Positions 36,801 to 46,900 of a stretch of DNA of 64,000 bases are shown here, one piece after another. Made by a program: the position numbers and the translations under genes. The DNA is from Planctomycetota bacterium (GTDB taxonomy: Bacteria; Planctomycetota; UBA8108; SXIK01): NCBI GenBank assembly GCA_965223845.1, contig CBDCXR010000004.1:6784001-6848000 (forward strand), given 5' to 3'. Within the stretch, counting starts at the first letter, position 1, and each line of letters opens with the position of its first letter. The notes beneath the pieces were generated by a model that was not told where the DNA came from, did no database searches, and saw only the letters and a list, made by a program, of their open reading frames with translations.

Positions 36801-38705
36801 TCGCCGTTCGCCGCGTCGAGCTTCCGCGTCCGCATCGTGCACGACGATGCGACCTGGAACGAGCTCAACTCGCGCCGGCTGCACTCGAATGAGCTTCTCG
36901 ACGCGACCTTCATCTTCAACGAGAGCCAGGTGTACTACAACGTCGGCACTCGTTTCCGCGGTAGCCCCTGGAACCGGCCGCCGTCCGCGCGGATGTACCG
37001 GGCGAAGTTCCCCGCAGACAGGCACCTCCACGGCGATCGTCGCGCGGTCAACATGAGCCGCTACGGGAACGAGCACGACGAGCGAGCGGCGTACTACTCG
37101 GTGTGGCGAAACTCGACGCCCTCGTCGACCTCGCCCATGAGTCGTGGATCGTTCGCGCGCTTGAAGACGAACAGCCGAACGGACTCGATGGAGATGGTCG
37201 ACCCGGTGAACCGCGACTATACGCGCCTGTGGTTCCCGGGCGACAGCGACGGAATCGCTTACAAGATCACCGGGAAGATCCTCTTCAACGATTCCGGCGA
37301 TCAGATTCCCCCGCCGGCGTGGGCGACGTATTCGAATCGAGGGTCGAACCCCGCCAGCTACCGGTGGAACTACAACCATCGCACGCGGGAGCTCGAGAAC
37401 GACTACACCCCGATCGCGCGCCTGATGGCGCGAATCAACGGGGGGACGACCGTTCTCGACGAGACTCTCGAGGAGATCATGGATGTCGAGCAGTTCTTGC
37501 GCGTGTACGCGGCGCGCTGCGCGCACGACGACTGGGACACGATTTCGATCGGGAACGGGCAGAACGCCTACTTCTACTGGGCGTCGAACGAAGGGCGGAT
37601 GAAGCTCCTGCCCTGGGATCTGGATCACAGCTGGGGAAACACCGGCAGTCGCATTTATCCCGACGCCGACGGTTCCTTCGCGCGGATTCTCGCTCGCCCC
37701 AAGTACCGCCGCATGTACTGGGGCATCCTCAACGAGATGGTGAACGGGCTCGACGGGAAGCCGGGCTACTGGACGGCAAGCGAGCTCGTCTCGAAGTTCA
37801 TCGTGCCTACGCACGACGTCGTGGGCGGCGACGGAGTCTCGAGCGGCTCGGTCTCCAAGGTGAGAAACTTCATCAACTCTCGCCGCGGCAGTCTCGCGGG
37901 CCAGCTTCCGGCGCAGCGGGAGTTCCGCGTGACGACAGCGGATGGACAGACAGTGAACGACACCGAGATGGAGGTGAACGGCGAAGCCTGGGTCGACGTC
38001 CACGCGATCGTCGTGAACGGTGATCCCGCGGTCCTCAGTTGGCCCGGGACGACGCGCTGGCGGACGACGATCCCGCTCGGCCTCGGTGAGAACGAGCTCG
38101 ACTTCGTCGCGTTCGATGCCGAGGGGAACTTCATCGCGACCGACTCGATCACGGCGACGAGCACGGCGGGTTGGAATCCACCGGAGATCAGCGCGATCCA
38201 GCCGGGAGCGGCGATGCCGACGACCGAGATCACGCTCACCGGTACCGAATTCCACGACGGCATCCGCGTCTACTTCGACGGCTTGGAAGCCGACGCCGTC
38301 GTCTTCGACGAAGGGACGAACCCCAGCGAGGCGACGGCGGTGATTCCGCTGATCGATCCGGGGGTCGTCGCGGTGACGGTGCAGAACGTCGACGGGCGGA
38401 CGTCAGCGCCGTTTCAGTTCACCGTCGATCCGCTTCCTCCCCTCTTCGTTCGAGGCGATGCGAACTTGAGCGGTCTCGTCGAGATCGGAGATCCGCTCAA
38501 GATCCTCCTCCACCTGTTCGCGGGCGTCGCGATCGGCTGCAGGGACGCAGCGGATGCGAACAACGACGAGGCTCTCGATATCTCCGACGCGATGATGCTG
38601 CTCGAGTTCCAGTTCCAGGAAGGTCCGGCACCGAGCGCTCCGTTCCCGGACGCCTGGTTCGAACCGCTGGCGGAGGGGCCTCTCGATTGCGCGAGCGGCG
38701 AGTGA
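33900..38705 (+). CDS. Large secreted lamin-tail/CotH kinase/IPT/dockerin protein (paralog of 12536-18097)
   Basis: LTD starts ITEVMYHP, VVINEF and VVINEILYNP. CotH motifs DDWDT..NGQNAYFY and LPWDLDHSWG. Dockerin FVRGDANLSG. Start is uncertain. Confidence 0.85.
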   Translation: MICAGWGRAGRAYLVGAIILAGAPVFALAFLFERVFATRPLRLGIRRPAASRRNRFRISTLVGAIVLASSPSYALTITEVMYHPSAAATAAVGGRSLEWFELYNETPTTLNLSGYRVVDGVEFVFPHDTYLLPYSYLVVCADADAVREHYEIDNVIGNFTGLLDNGGEEIEVAIFGGGTEVRVDYSDSGQWPHAADGTGHSLSLKNVFADTRSNDSWEASLVLGGTPGGPNTDEPRVVDTILIDDDEEWRYRKGTSAYPSQWRNQGYDDGSWSRGRTGIGYGDGDDTTVLSDMSGGYWSFAARKVFSLSQSEIDDIDDLVFQINYDDGFAAFLNGTEVARGALPGASPPPHNQAADLHEAGGFEDFVIPTGLLDEGENVLAVQIHNNTLGSSDATFIPRLASRKTIVPTPTGSPVPVVINEFFGRADTGGWVELHNLSNASVDIGGFHLSTTRSVLDEWTIPAGTMLGSKGFVSFTAEETGLDFSADFVSVFFSRGDLSQVVDAQIFERGLGHVPSLEGYSEARSPDGTGRFAVSTMPTPGAANEVEVETGVVINEILYNPPAGREGQEFIEITNIAPVAIDLTGYRFNRGVTYEFEPGAQIQPGEFIVIARDPPALEAAHGIGGVLGPYEGGLSDGGERIRLVDPLGNIADEVRYFDGGEWSRWADGGGSSLELLDPRADNSLGSAWTASDESPKATWETVNYSFTYSSQAASEFHIMMLAAGEALIDDIEVRRSSTQYIANGSFESSTSGWIIEGNHVQSHRTTDDAFDGNACLRIVATGDGDTRVNRIERETSPSMSSGSYQVSLALKWQRGGNLIYFGNYNQLPSAQHTHWMEYPAALGTPGARNSTAVDNLGPVIGDVMHSPAVPTGGQPVQVVARVADADGIDYVRVRHRTGSASGSMSTVELFDDGAHGDGEAGDGIFGGEISARSSGNRVVYFIETRDDLGATWRHPVEANRTHVYVHDSPFAASSFRVRIVHDDATWNELNSRRLHSNELLDATFIFNESQVYYNVGTRFRGSPWNRPPSARMYRAKFPADRHLHGDRRAVNMSRYGNEHDERAAYYSVWRNSTPSSTSPMSRGSFARLKTNSRTDSMEMVDPVNRDYTRLWFPGDSDGIAYKITGKILFNDSGDQIPPPAWATYSNRGSNPASYRWNYNHRTRELENDYTPIARLMARINGGTTVLDETLEEIMDVEQFLRVYAARCAHDDWDTISIGNGQNAYFYWASNEGRMKLLPWDLDHSWGNTGSRIYPDADGSFARILARPKYRRMYWGILNEMVNGLDGKPGYWTASELVSKFIVPTHDVVGGDGVSSGSVSKVRNFINSRRGSLAGQLPAQREFRVTTADGQTVNDTEMEVNGEAWVDVHAIVVNGDPAVLSWPGTTRWRTTIPLGLGENELDFVAFDAEGNFIATDSITATSTAGWNPPEISAIQPGAAMPTTEITLTGTEFHDGIRVYFDGLEADAVVFDEGTNPSEATAVIPLIDPGVVAVTVQNVDGRTSAPFQFTVDPLPPLFVRGDANLSGLVEIGDPLKILLHLFAGVAIGCRDAADANNDEALDISDAMMLLEFQFQEGPAPSAPFPDAWFEPLAEGPLDCASGE

Positions 38706-38724
38706 GTTTCCGTCGGCCCGTCGC

Positions 38725-39462
38725 TCAGGACTTCACCCAGCGTCGCGAATCGACCTCGTAGCGAAGACTCGGAGCCTGTTCACCCCCCGAGTCGACCGTG
38801 AAGGTGCCGGGCGGAGCATTCATCTCCGACGGGGCATCGGGCGTCGTCGAGGGAGTCGACGCCAGCGAGGTGCTCGGGGCTAGGTGGACGACACCGTCGG
38901 CCGTTTCGAGTCGAACGGGGAGTGGAAACACCGCCGCGTCCGGCTCTCCGAGGACGACGAGCGAAACCTCGCCTCGCCGCTCTCCCGCCTGCGCGACGAC
39001 GAGTCGACCGAGGTGGTCGTCGCCTTCGCTTCGCTCGAGAAAGAAGACGGCAGCTCGGGGAAAGATCTGCCGGAGCTCGCCGCTCTCCGCGAACACGAAG
39101 AGATCGCTGAGGAGCGGGGCGTCGCCTCGATCGCGCGCGCCGCGGACGACGTGCCACGTCTCGCTCTCCGTTTCGGAAGCCCCCGTCTCCTCCCGCCGGC
39201 GGGCGATGCGCGTCTGCGCATACGCGGCGCCGTGAGCGTTGTCACGCGCGTCGGTCACGTAGTCGCGCGCGCGACCGTAGCTCTTGTTCGCGCGCAGGAG
39301 ACCGAGAAAAGCGGCGAGGCGCGGACCGGGTCCCGCCGCGAGATCCTCGACGAAACGCGGCGTCATCTTCGTGTAGAACGTCGCGTTGAGAATGACGCCA
39401 CCCACCGCGAGCGCGACGAGGATGACGACGATGATCGGACCGGAGAAGGAGCGTCGGGACAT
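38725..39462 (-). CDS. Hypothetical membrane-anchored protein
   Basis: MSRRSFSGPIIVVILVALAVGG gives a single TM. It follows the vWA gene on the same strand. Confidence 0.6.
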   Translation of the reverse strand: MSRRSFSGPIIVVILVALAVGGVILNATFYTKMTPRFVEDLAAGPGPRLAAFLGLLRANKSYGRARDYVTDARDNAHGAAYAQTRIARRREETGASETESETWHVVRGARDRGDAPLLSDLFVFAESGELRQIFPRAAVFFLERSEGDDHLGRLVVAQAGERRGEVSLVVLGEPDAAVFPLPVRLETADGVVHLAPSTSLASTPSTTPDAPSEMNAPPGTFTVDSGGEQAPSLRYEVDSRRWVKS

Positions 39463-39494
39463 GCAGAACGGATTCGAGGGCGGACGAACGTCGC

Positions 39495-41873
39495 TCAGAT
39501 GAGAACGCTGCGTTTTCTGAGCACCCACTCGGCGAAGAGTAGAGACAGTATGACCGCCGCGATGATCTCGGGAAAGTCCCAGAGGGCGACGGTGATGGTT
39601 CGTTCGCGCGTGACGGGCGACGAGTCGACGAGGCTCGGGAGCTCGTCGAGACTCGAGAGCGGGATCGTGACGCCGCCCCCGGCGCTCGCGAGTTGCTCGA
39701 GCGCCGCGCGGTCGCACCACGCATCGAGTGCCTCGGGATCCGTCTCGGGGTGGATCGTGAACTCGAGCTCCGCGGCGCCGGTTCGTTCGTCGTATCCCTC
39801 GAGGTGAGGAAGGCGCAGCCTCACGCGCACTGCCCACGCTTCGGCGAACGGATCCGGGGCGACGGCCAGAAGCTCAGTCGCGTCGATTTCGGCGCGGTAG
39901 CGATGGCTCGCCGCCGGACGGAGGTCGATCGAACGCGTCTCCGGCGCCGCCCCTTCGCTCTCTGGTTCGTCCCCGCGAACAGTGACGATCGCCTCGATCG
40001 GGACGCGCGGTTCGGGAAGTCGAGCGCGAAGGGCGGTCTCGATCACGATCGTCTCCCGCGCGCCGTAGCTCGCGCGAGACGCGGCGATCCACGCCGCGTC
40101 GTCGCGCGCGCTGGCGGGTTCGCCGAGTCCCCAGCGGACGACGCGGCGCCAGAACCGCTCGAACAGCTCATCGCCGACGCGGTACCGCCAGCGCCAGGTC
40201 GAGTCGATCCCGACGTAGAGAACTCTTCCCGCGCCGAAGGGCTTCTCGACGACGACGGCTCCGCGCTCGGAGAGAAAGCTCTCCGCCGCGCGCGTGTCAC
40301 CGCCGGACTCCGAGCCGATGACCGCCGCGCCCGGAAGACGCGGGAGCGAGGTTCGCCCGACGGTCGCGAGAGTGCGAGCGCCCTCGGCGACTCCGCCGAT
40401 CGGTGAAAACCAGTAGTGCTCGGGGAGGAGCTCCCAGAGCTCCGCGTTGCGTTCGACATCGGGAACGAGGCGCGCGAGCGCGGCGGCTTCGCCGGCTCGA
40501 GTGAGCGCGAGCGAGATTCCCGGTCGGGCGATCGAAGCTCCGAGCTGAGCGGCGGGAAGCGGCGTCGCCGGTGCCACCGGGAGGAGCTCGGCGAGCGGCG
40601 TGTCGAGCCACGCGTACGGGAGGTACTCTTCGCCGGCGATGAGAACGAGCGCGTTGCCGTCGAGTTCGATCGAGCGGGAGAGCGATTCGATCCAGTCTCG
40701 CGGGACACTTCGAGGCGAGACATCGCCGAGGATGACGACGCGGTAGGGCGAGAGCCCCGCTGCACTCGCGGGGAAGCCCTCGGGGACCTGCGTCGCGCTT
40801 TCCTCGGTGAGCAGAAACTCGTGTGCGATGATCGTCTCGTCTCTGCGCCAGCCATCGCGGAGGTAGCGCCACTCCCAGCGGGGGCGGCCATCGAGGAGGA
40901 GAACTTGCGCCGCGCGCGGGCGGACGTGCGCGCGAACGCGTCGCTGATCGACGACGGGGGACGCGTCGCCGGCGAGGAGCTGGACGTCGTAGTCGCGAAC
41001 GCCCGGTACGCCAGCGACGAAGTCGAGATGCACGACGGCCCCTTCCCGCCGGTCGGAGATATCGACGGATCGTTCGGCCACCGTCGCTCCAGCGGAGTCC
41101 GTGAGTCGAAGCCGTCCGGCGGGCGGCGCGTCGCCCGTGCGCCGGATCCGTACGACGAGCGTCGCGGGCTCGTGCTCGAACGGGTCGCGGAGAACGCGGA
41201 CCGAGAGGATCCTCACTTCGCTCGGAATCTCCGCGGGTCCGCACGCGACGGCGACGACGCGAGCCCCGAAGTCCCGGAGAACCGCCGCGCGGTCCGCCAT
41301 CGGTTCCGCGCCGTGATCGTGACCATCGGAGAAAACGACGACGGTATCGAGCGCACCGCTCCGGGCAGGTTCGTCAAGCCCGGCGAGGCTCGCCGCGAGA
41401 TCCGTCGATTCTCGCGGGCGCGGCAAGGCGCGGAGCGCGTCGGCGAAGCGGGGGACGGTGTCCGATGTCGCGACGGGACGGAGGCGATCCGACGCCGCGT
41501 GGAGCGACCAGCGAAAGTTCCCGAGCCACGACGCGATGGGCTCGTTGCCGAGCTGCGCGCGAACGCGCTCGAGCCGCGGCTCCGCGCCCTCCGTCGCGCT
41601 CTCCGGCAATCCCATGCTCCGCGACGTGTCGACGACGATCGCGAGCGGACGCGGTTCCGGTCGCGTCTCTGTCCAAGTTCGCCGCATGTCGCAAAGGAGG
41701 ACGACGATCGATGCGCAGAGCGTGAGGCGCAGCGCGAGGAGGATTCGACCGACCAGGGGTGAGACGCGCCGCCGGTCACTCCGGTAGAGCGCGACGATGA
41801 AGACCGCGCAGACGACGAAGAGCCCCGCGGCGAACGGCGCGGACAGCAAATGCGACGAGAGACCGGGAATCAT
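39495..41873 (-). CDS. vWA + glutamine-amidotransferase-like membrane protein (MoxR/BatA set)
   Basis: LLALRL TM, MIDAS VDTSRSM and FSDG, then PRWEWRYL, GAGRVLY..DSTWRWR and C-terminal LLFAEWVLRKR. Confidence 0.82.
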   Translation of the reverse strand: MIPGLSSHLLSAPFAAGLFVVCAVFIVALYRSDRRRVSPLVGRILLALRLTLCASIVVLLCDMRRTWTETRPEPRPLAIVVDTSRSMGLPESATEGAEPRLERVRAQLGNEPIASWLGNFRWSLHAASDRLRPVATSDTVPRFADALRALPRPRESTDLAASLAGLDEPARSGALDTVVVFSDGHDHGAEPMADRAAVLRDFGARVVAVACGPAEIPSEVRILSVRVLRDPFEHEPATLVVRIRRTGDAPPAGRLRLTDSAGATVAERSVDISDRREGAVVHLDFVAGVPGVRDYDVQLLAGDASPVVDQRRVRAHVRPRAAQVLLLDGRPRWEWRYLRDGWRRDETIIAHEFLLTEESATQVPEGFPASAAGLSPYRVVILGDVSPRSVPRDWIESLSRSIELDGNALVLIAGEEYLPYAWLDTPLAELLPVAPATPLPAAQLGASIARPGISLALTRAGEAAALARLVPDVERNAELWELLPEHYWFSPIGGVAEGARTLATVGRTSLPRLPGAAVIGSESGGDTRAAESFLSERGAVVVEKPFGAGRVLYVGIDSTWRWRYRVGDELFERFWRRVVRWGLGEPASARDDAAWIAASRASYGARETIVIETALRARLPEPRVPIEAIVTVRGDEPESEGAAPETRSIDLRPAASHRYRAEIDATELLAVAPDPFAEAWAVRVRLRLPHLEGYDERTGAAELEFTIHPETDPEALDAWCDRAALEQLASAGGGVTIPLSSLDELPSLVDSSPVTRERTITVALWDFPEIIAAVILSLLFAEWVLRKRSVLI

Positions 41874-41908
41874 CGCGAGACGCCGACCCGCGCGCCCCGG
41901 TTCGGTGC

Positions 41909-41937
41909 TTCACATCGCGCGGGTGAGCCTATAGGCT
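41909..41937 (+). promoter_or_regulatory. Sigma70-type promoter for lgt
   Basis: TTCACA-17 nt-TAGGCT, ending 32 nt before the lgt ATG. Confidence 0.5.
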
Positions 41938-41969
41938 TCTCGCGTTCACCGCCCGCGCGTCGAGGATCC

Positions 41970-42992
41970 ATGCACTCTCTCTTCATCGCCGAAGCGTATC
42001 TCCACCGACTCGATCCGTTCGCGATACAGTTCACCGAGACGTTCGGGATTCGCTGGTACGGACTATCGTACCTCGCGGGGTTCGTAGCCGGTTGGGCGAT
42101 CATTCGGTGGCTGGCTCGCACCGGGCGCTGCGCTCTCTCGCCGGCGGACGTGGGCGACTTCATGTTCTATCTGATCCTCGGCGTGATCGTCGGCGGGCGA
42201 CTCGGCTACTGCATCTTTTACGATCCGAGCCTGTTCGTCGACCCGCCGCTCCTCGGCGTGGTTCAGGTCTGGAAGGGCGGGATGGCGAGTCACGGCGGGA
42301 TGCTCGGCGTCGTCGCGGCTTCGTGGTGGTTCGCCCGAACGAGGAAGCACTCGATCTTTCATCTCTTCGATATCACGGCGCTCGCCTGTCCGCCCGGGCT
42401 CTGCCTCGGGCGCCTCGCAAACTTCATCAACGGCGAGCTTTGGGGCAAGGCGCTGCCGGCGGAGATGCAGGCAAACCCGCCGTGGTGGAGCCTCAAGTAT
42501 CCCGAGGAAATCCTGCAATCGCCGCGCTCCTGGGAGCCGCGACTCTCGGGACTCGAAGGTCATTTGTCGGATCGGGTGGACACCCTCCCCGCTGCGGTCG
42601 TGGGCGCGCTTCGCGAGGGCGACGAGGTCGTGACGGAGGCGGTGGCTCCTCTCCTCACGGCGTACTATCCGTCGCAGCTCTACCAAGCTCTCACGGACGG
42701 ACCGATTCTCATCGCGGCGGTGGCCGCGGCGTGGTGGTTCCGACTGAAGCCCGGCGTCGCGGGCGGCTGGTTCCTGATCAGCTACGGAATTCTCCGCGTC
42801 GTCACCGAGGTCTTCCGGCAGCCGGATCCGGGGGTCGCGGTGCTCGGGACGCCTCTCGGTGATCTCTCGCGCGGACAGCAGCTCAGCCTGCTCATGATCG
42901 GGTGCGGCCTCGCGATGATGATCGGATGCGCGAGGAGGCGGGTGGCACCCCTCGGATCGCTTCGGCGAACGAGGGAACCCGACGCCGATTGA
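41970..42992 (+). CDS. lgt: Prolipoprotein diacylglyceryl transferase
   Basis: Motifs IRWYGLSY, GGRLGY, WKGGMASHGG, GRLANFINGELWG, PSQLY and EVFRQPD. Confidence 0.95.
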   Translation: MHSLFIAEAYLHRLDPFAIQFTETFGIRWYGLSYLAGFVAGWAIIRWLARTGRCALSPADVGDFMFYLILGVIVGGRLGYCIFYDPSLFVDPPLLGVVQVWKGGMASHGGMLGVVAASWWFARTRKHSIFHLFDITALACPPGLCLGRLANFINGELWGKALPAEMQANPPWWSLKYPEEILQSPRSWEPRLSGLEGHLSDRVDTLPAAVVGALREGDEVVTEAVAPLLTAYYPSQLYQALTDGPILIAAVAAAWWFRLKPGVAGGWFLISYGILRVVTEVFRQPDPGVAVLGTPLGDLSRGQQLSLLMIGCGLAMMIGCARRRVAPLGSLRRTREPDAD

Positions 42993-43892
42993 CTACGGAG
43001 TCGGCGCGACGTCGAGAGCGGCTTCGACGAGAGGGTTTTTCGGCTCGCCTCCCCTCCACGCCGCGACGACGGGAAACTCCGAACCGGCGACGGTCAGCGG
43101 GTACGCGTCGACTCCGGGCGCCTTCGGTCCCTTCGAATCGAGGTGCGGCACCAGCGAGTAGCCGAGACCCGCGCCGACGAAACCGAGGATGGTTTCGGCG
43201 GACGTCGCCGAGATCGTTCGTTCGGGCGTGATTCCGTGCTCGCGAAGGGCTTCGAGCTGAAGGAAGTGCGCGCGAAGGCCGGCGGGATAAGCGACGAACG
43301 GCTCGCCCGCGAGCGAGGCGAGTCGATCGGCGATCGACCCTGCACTGTCGCGCGTGCGGCTCGCCGTCCGATCTCTCGGCGCCACGAGAAACGTCGAGAG
43401 TCGTCCCACCGGACGAGACTCGGCGACGCCCGAGCCTAGCTCGGGGAGGTACCCCACGATGAGGTCGCACTCGCCGCGGGAGAGAGCGGACGCGTTCGGC
43501 TCGTGACGTTCCCGTAAATCGATGCGAATGCTCGGCCGCGCCCGCTGGAGCCGGCGAAGCCAGGCGGGCAGCAGCCGGCGAATCAGCATCGGCTCGGCGA
43601 CGACGACGAGCTTGCCGGCGAACTCGCCTGCGCGGAGGCCGCGGACGACCCCGGGGAGACGCTCGAAGAAAGGCGCCACGAACTCGAACAGGTTTCGCCC
43701 GGCCGGCGTTGGAAGCATGCGGTCGCGGCCTTCGCGACGGAAGAGCGCCGTGCCGAGCTCGCCCTCGAGCTTCTTCACCTGTTGGTGCACGGCGGGCTGC
43801 GTAATCGGATAGGGAAACGCGCGGGCCGCTCGGGCGTAGCCCCCGGTCTTCGCCACCCAGTAGAAGCCCTCGAGGCGGTGAAGCTGAATCAT
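42993..43892 (-). CDS. LysR family transcriptional regulator
   Basis: HTH ITQPAVHQQVKKLEGELGTALFRR, followed by a substrate-binding domain ending GAGLGYSLVP. Confidence 0.9.
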   Translation of the reverse strand: MIQLHRLEGFYWVAKTGGYARAARAFPYPITQPAVHQQVKKLEGELGTALFRREGRDRMLPTPAGRNLFEFVAPFFERLPGVVRGLRAGEFAGKLVVVAEPMLIRRLLPAWLRRLQRARPSIRIDLRERHEPNASALSRGECDLIVGYLPELGSGVAESRPVGRLSTFLVAPRDRTASRTRDSAGSIADRLASLAGEPFVAYPAGLRAHFLQLEALREHGITPERTISATSAETILGFVGAGLGYSLVPHLDSKGPKAPGVDAYPLTVAGSEFPVVAAWRGGEPKNPLVEAALDVAPTP

Positions 43893-43929
43893 TAAGCAAA
43901 GCTTATTGATTGGATAAAAAACAATCAAT
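43893..43929. promoter_or_regulatory. LysR-type operator(s) in the AT-rich divergent promoter
   Basis: Palindromic T-N11-A box TAAGC-AAA-GCTTA (43893-43905) and IR ATTGATTG-N9-CAATCAAT (43905-43929). Confidence 0.65.
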
Positions 43930-43982
43930 GGCTGTGAAGTAGTTTTCGGGCGATCATTCTTAGGGCCCTAAGAAGACAGCCG

Positions 43983-46900
43983 GTGCGGCGAACGGAGGAG
44001 CAGAGCGGGGTCGCTCTGGTCCGAAGAAGTGAAGAAGAGAGAGCGCCGCGACCGAGGCCGCGGCATCGGCGGAGGAATCGACCCTTGTCCGAAGCGAACC
44101 GACACCCGCTCCGTGGTCTTCTCACGGCTCAGTTCTTCGGCGCGTTCAACGACAACGCGTGGAAGATCGTCGTCGTGCTCCTCGGAATTCGCGCGGTGGC
44201 GGCGGGCGCTGATTCGGCCGGCGCGGCGAAGCAGGAGGTCGCTACGATCGCGACGCTCGTCCTGCTCCTCCCGCTTTGCCTCCTCTCGCTGCCCGGAGGA
44301 ATCCTGGCGAATCGCATCTCGAAACGGAGTGTGATCGTCGCGCTGAAGGGAGTCGAGACCGCGCTCATGCTCGCGGGGACGCTCGTCCTACTCTTCGCTC
44401 CGAGTCAGCAGATCCTTCTTCTCGTCGTTCTCGGCGGCATGGGCGTACAGAGCGCTCTCTTCGGTCCCGCGAAATACGGCATCCTGCCGGAGATCCTCGA
44501 TCACGAGCGCCTCTCGCGAGGCAATGGGCTCCTCGAGCTGTGGTCGTTCTCGGCGATCGTTCTCGGCACCGCCGTCGGTGGCTTTCTCCTCGAGCAGTCC
44601 GGCGGGCAGCTCTGGTTCGTCGGCGCGCTCCTCACGTTCCTCGCCGGCGTGGGCTGGTTCGCCGCGCGATCGATTCCTCCGGTCCCGCCCGCGTGCCGCG
44701 AAAAGCAGTTCGGCGAATCGATCGTCGCGGCGTGGCGCTCGATCCGTGGACAGCGAGTGCTCTGGCTTACGGTGCTCGGATCGACGCTCTTTTGGTCGGT
44801 CGCGATGCTCGTCGGACAGGAAGTTCTCGTGTACACCGAGAACACGCTCGGCCAGCCCGAGAGCACTGCGAGCGTGCCCCTCGCCGTGCTCTCGATCGGC
44901 GTCGGGATCGGGAGCGTAATCTCCGGACGACTCTCCGGTGACAAGGTCGAGTACGGACTCATTCCCTTCGGTGCCGCCGGACTCGCCGGTTCGCTCATCC
45001 TCTTCGGGATCGTCGAACCGGGGATCGCCGGAACGATCGCGTTCATGATCCCGGTGGGTCTCTTCAGCGGCTTCGTCCTCGTCCCTCTCAACTCACTTCT
45101 TCAGTGGCGCTCGCCGTCGGAGTGTCGCGGCGGCGTCATCGCGATCGCGAATGCGATCGCCTTCGCGGGCATGATCGCGGGAACCCTCGCCGCCCGTGCT
45201 CTCGCCGGGTGGGGGCTCACCGAGACGCAGGGAATCGCCGCTGCCGGCGCTCTCACGGCGCTCGGGACGATGTGGGCGCTGTGGCTTCTCCCAGACGCGT
45301 TTCTCCGGTTCCTCCTCATTCTCCTCACCCACAGCCTCTACCGTCTGAAGGTCATCGGTCGCGTCAACGTGCCGGGCGACGGCGGGGCGCTTCTCGTTCC
45401 GAATCACGTTTCCTTCGCCGACGGACTCTTCCTCATCGCGAGCGTCGATCGACCGATCCGGTTCATCGTAGACGCGAACTACTTTCACCACCCGCTCCTC
45501 AAGCCGTTCATGAAGTCGCTCGGCGCGATCCCGATTTCGACGGCCGGCGGACCGCGTGTCGTGCTCCGCGCCCTCCGTGCAGCGGGCGACTATCTCGATC
45601 GCGGGCACCTCGTCTGTATCTTCGCTGAGGGGCAGATCACTCGTACCGGAATGCTGCTTCCCTTCCGGCGTGGACTCGAGCGCATCGTCAAGGGACGGAA
45701 AGCGCCGCTCATACCGGTTCACCTCGACGGCGTCTGGGGAAGCGTGTTTAGTCACGCCGGCGGGCGCTTCATGACGAAGATCCCGAAGCGGATCCCGTAT
45801 CCCGTGACGGTGACCTTCGGTGAATCGCTCCCCGCGGGCACTCCGGTGTTCGACGTGCGCAAGGCCGTTCAGGACCTCAGCGTCGTCGCGTGGGGTGCGC
45901 GTCAGGACGAGCGCCGGCCGCTTCACCACAGCTTCGTCCGGCGGTGTCGTCGTCGGCCGTTCAATCTCCTCTTCGCGGACGCGTCGCGTCCGCGGGTGAG
46001 TCGATTCGCGGGACTCACCGGTGCGATCGCGCTCGCGCGCGCCCTGCGCGAGAAGTGGCGCGGGCAGGAGACCGTCGGCATTCTCCTTCCCTCGTCGGTC
46101 GGCGGTGCGACGGTGAACCTCGCCGCGGCATTCGCCGGTCGCACGAGCGTCAATCTCAACTTCACGAGCGGCGCCTCGTCGTTCGCGTCTGCAGTGCAGC
46201 AGTCCGATCTCCGAACGATCGTCAGCCATCGCGAGTTCGTCGAGAAGCTGGGAATCGAGATCCCATCCTCCGTCGAGACGATTTGGATCGAGGACATCAG
46301 CGCTCGCATCGGAACGGTTTCGCGGTGTGTCGCGTCGCTTCTCGCACTAGCGGCGCCGGTGCGCTTCATCGAGCGGGCGTGCGGCGCCGAACGAAGAATC
46401 GTCGCGCGCGACACGGCGACGATCATATTCTCGAGCGGGAGCACCGGTGAGCCGAAGGGGGTGATGCTCAGTCACGCGAACGTCGACGCGAATGTCGAAG
46501 GCGTCGCCCAAGTGACGCGGGTCGACGAGCACGATCGTCTGCTCGGAGTCCTTCCGCTCTTTCATTCCTTCGGATACATGGCGCTCTGGTTCGCGGCCAA
46601 CCGAGACCTCGGGACGATCTTCCATCCGAATCCGCTCGACGCAGGCAAGGTGGGCGAGCTGACTCACCGCTACAACGTGACCCTTCTCATCGCGACTCCG
46701 ACCTTCCTTCAGCTCTACCTGCGTCGATGCACCCCGGCGCAGTTCGGGTCGCTTCGCATCGTTCTCTGCGGCGCGGAGAAGCTCTCCGATCGACTCGCCG
46801 CCGCGTTCGAGGAGCGCTTCGGAATCCGGCCGCTCGAAGGCTACGGCGCGACGGAGTGCTCTCCGGCGATCACTGTGAGCGCGCTCGACTATCGGGCGCC

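Noticed and set aside
35472-38255. 927-aa antisense ORF and the many other long overlapping ORFs (e.g. 9071-11068, 15188-16879, 28031-29890, 30865-32703)
   Set aside because: These are shadow frames of real genes in high-GC DNA: Arg/Ala-rich and without recognisable motifs.
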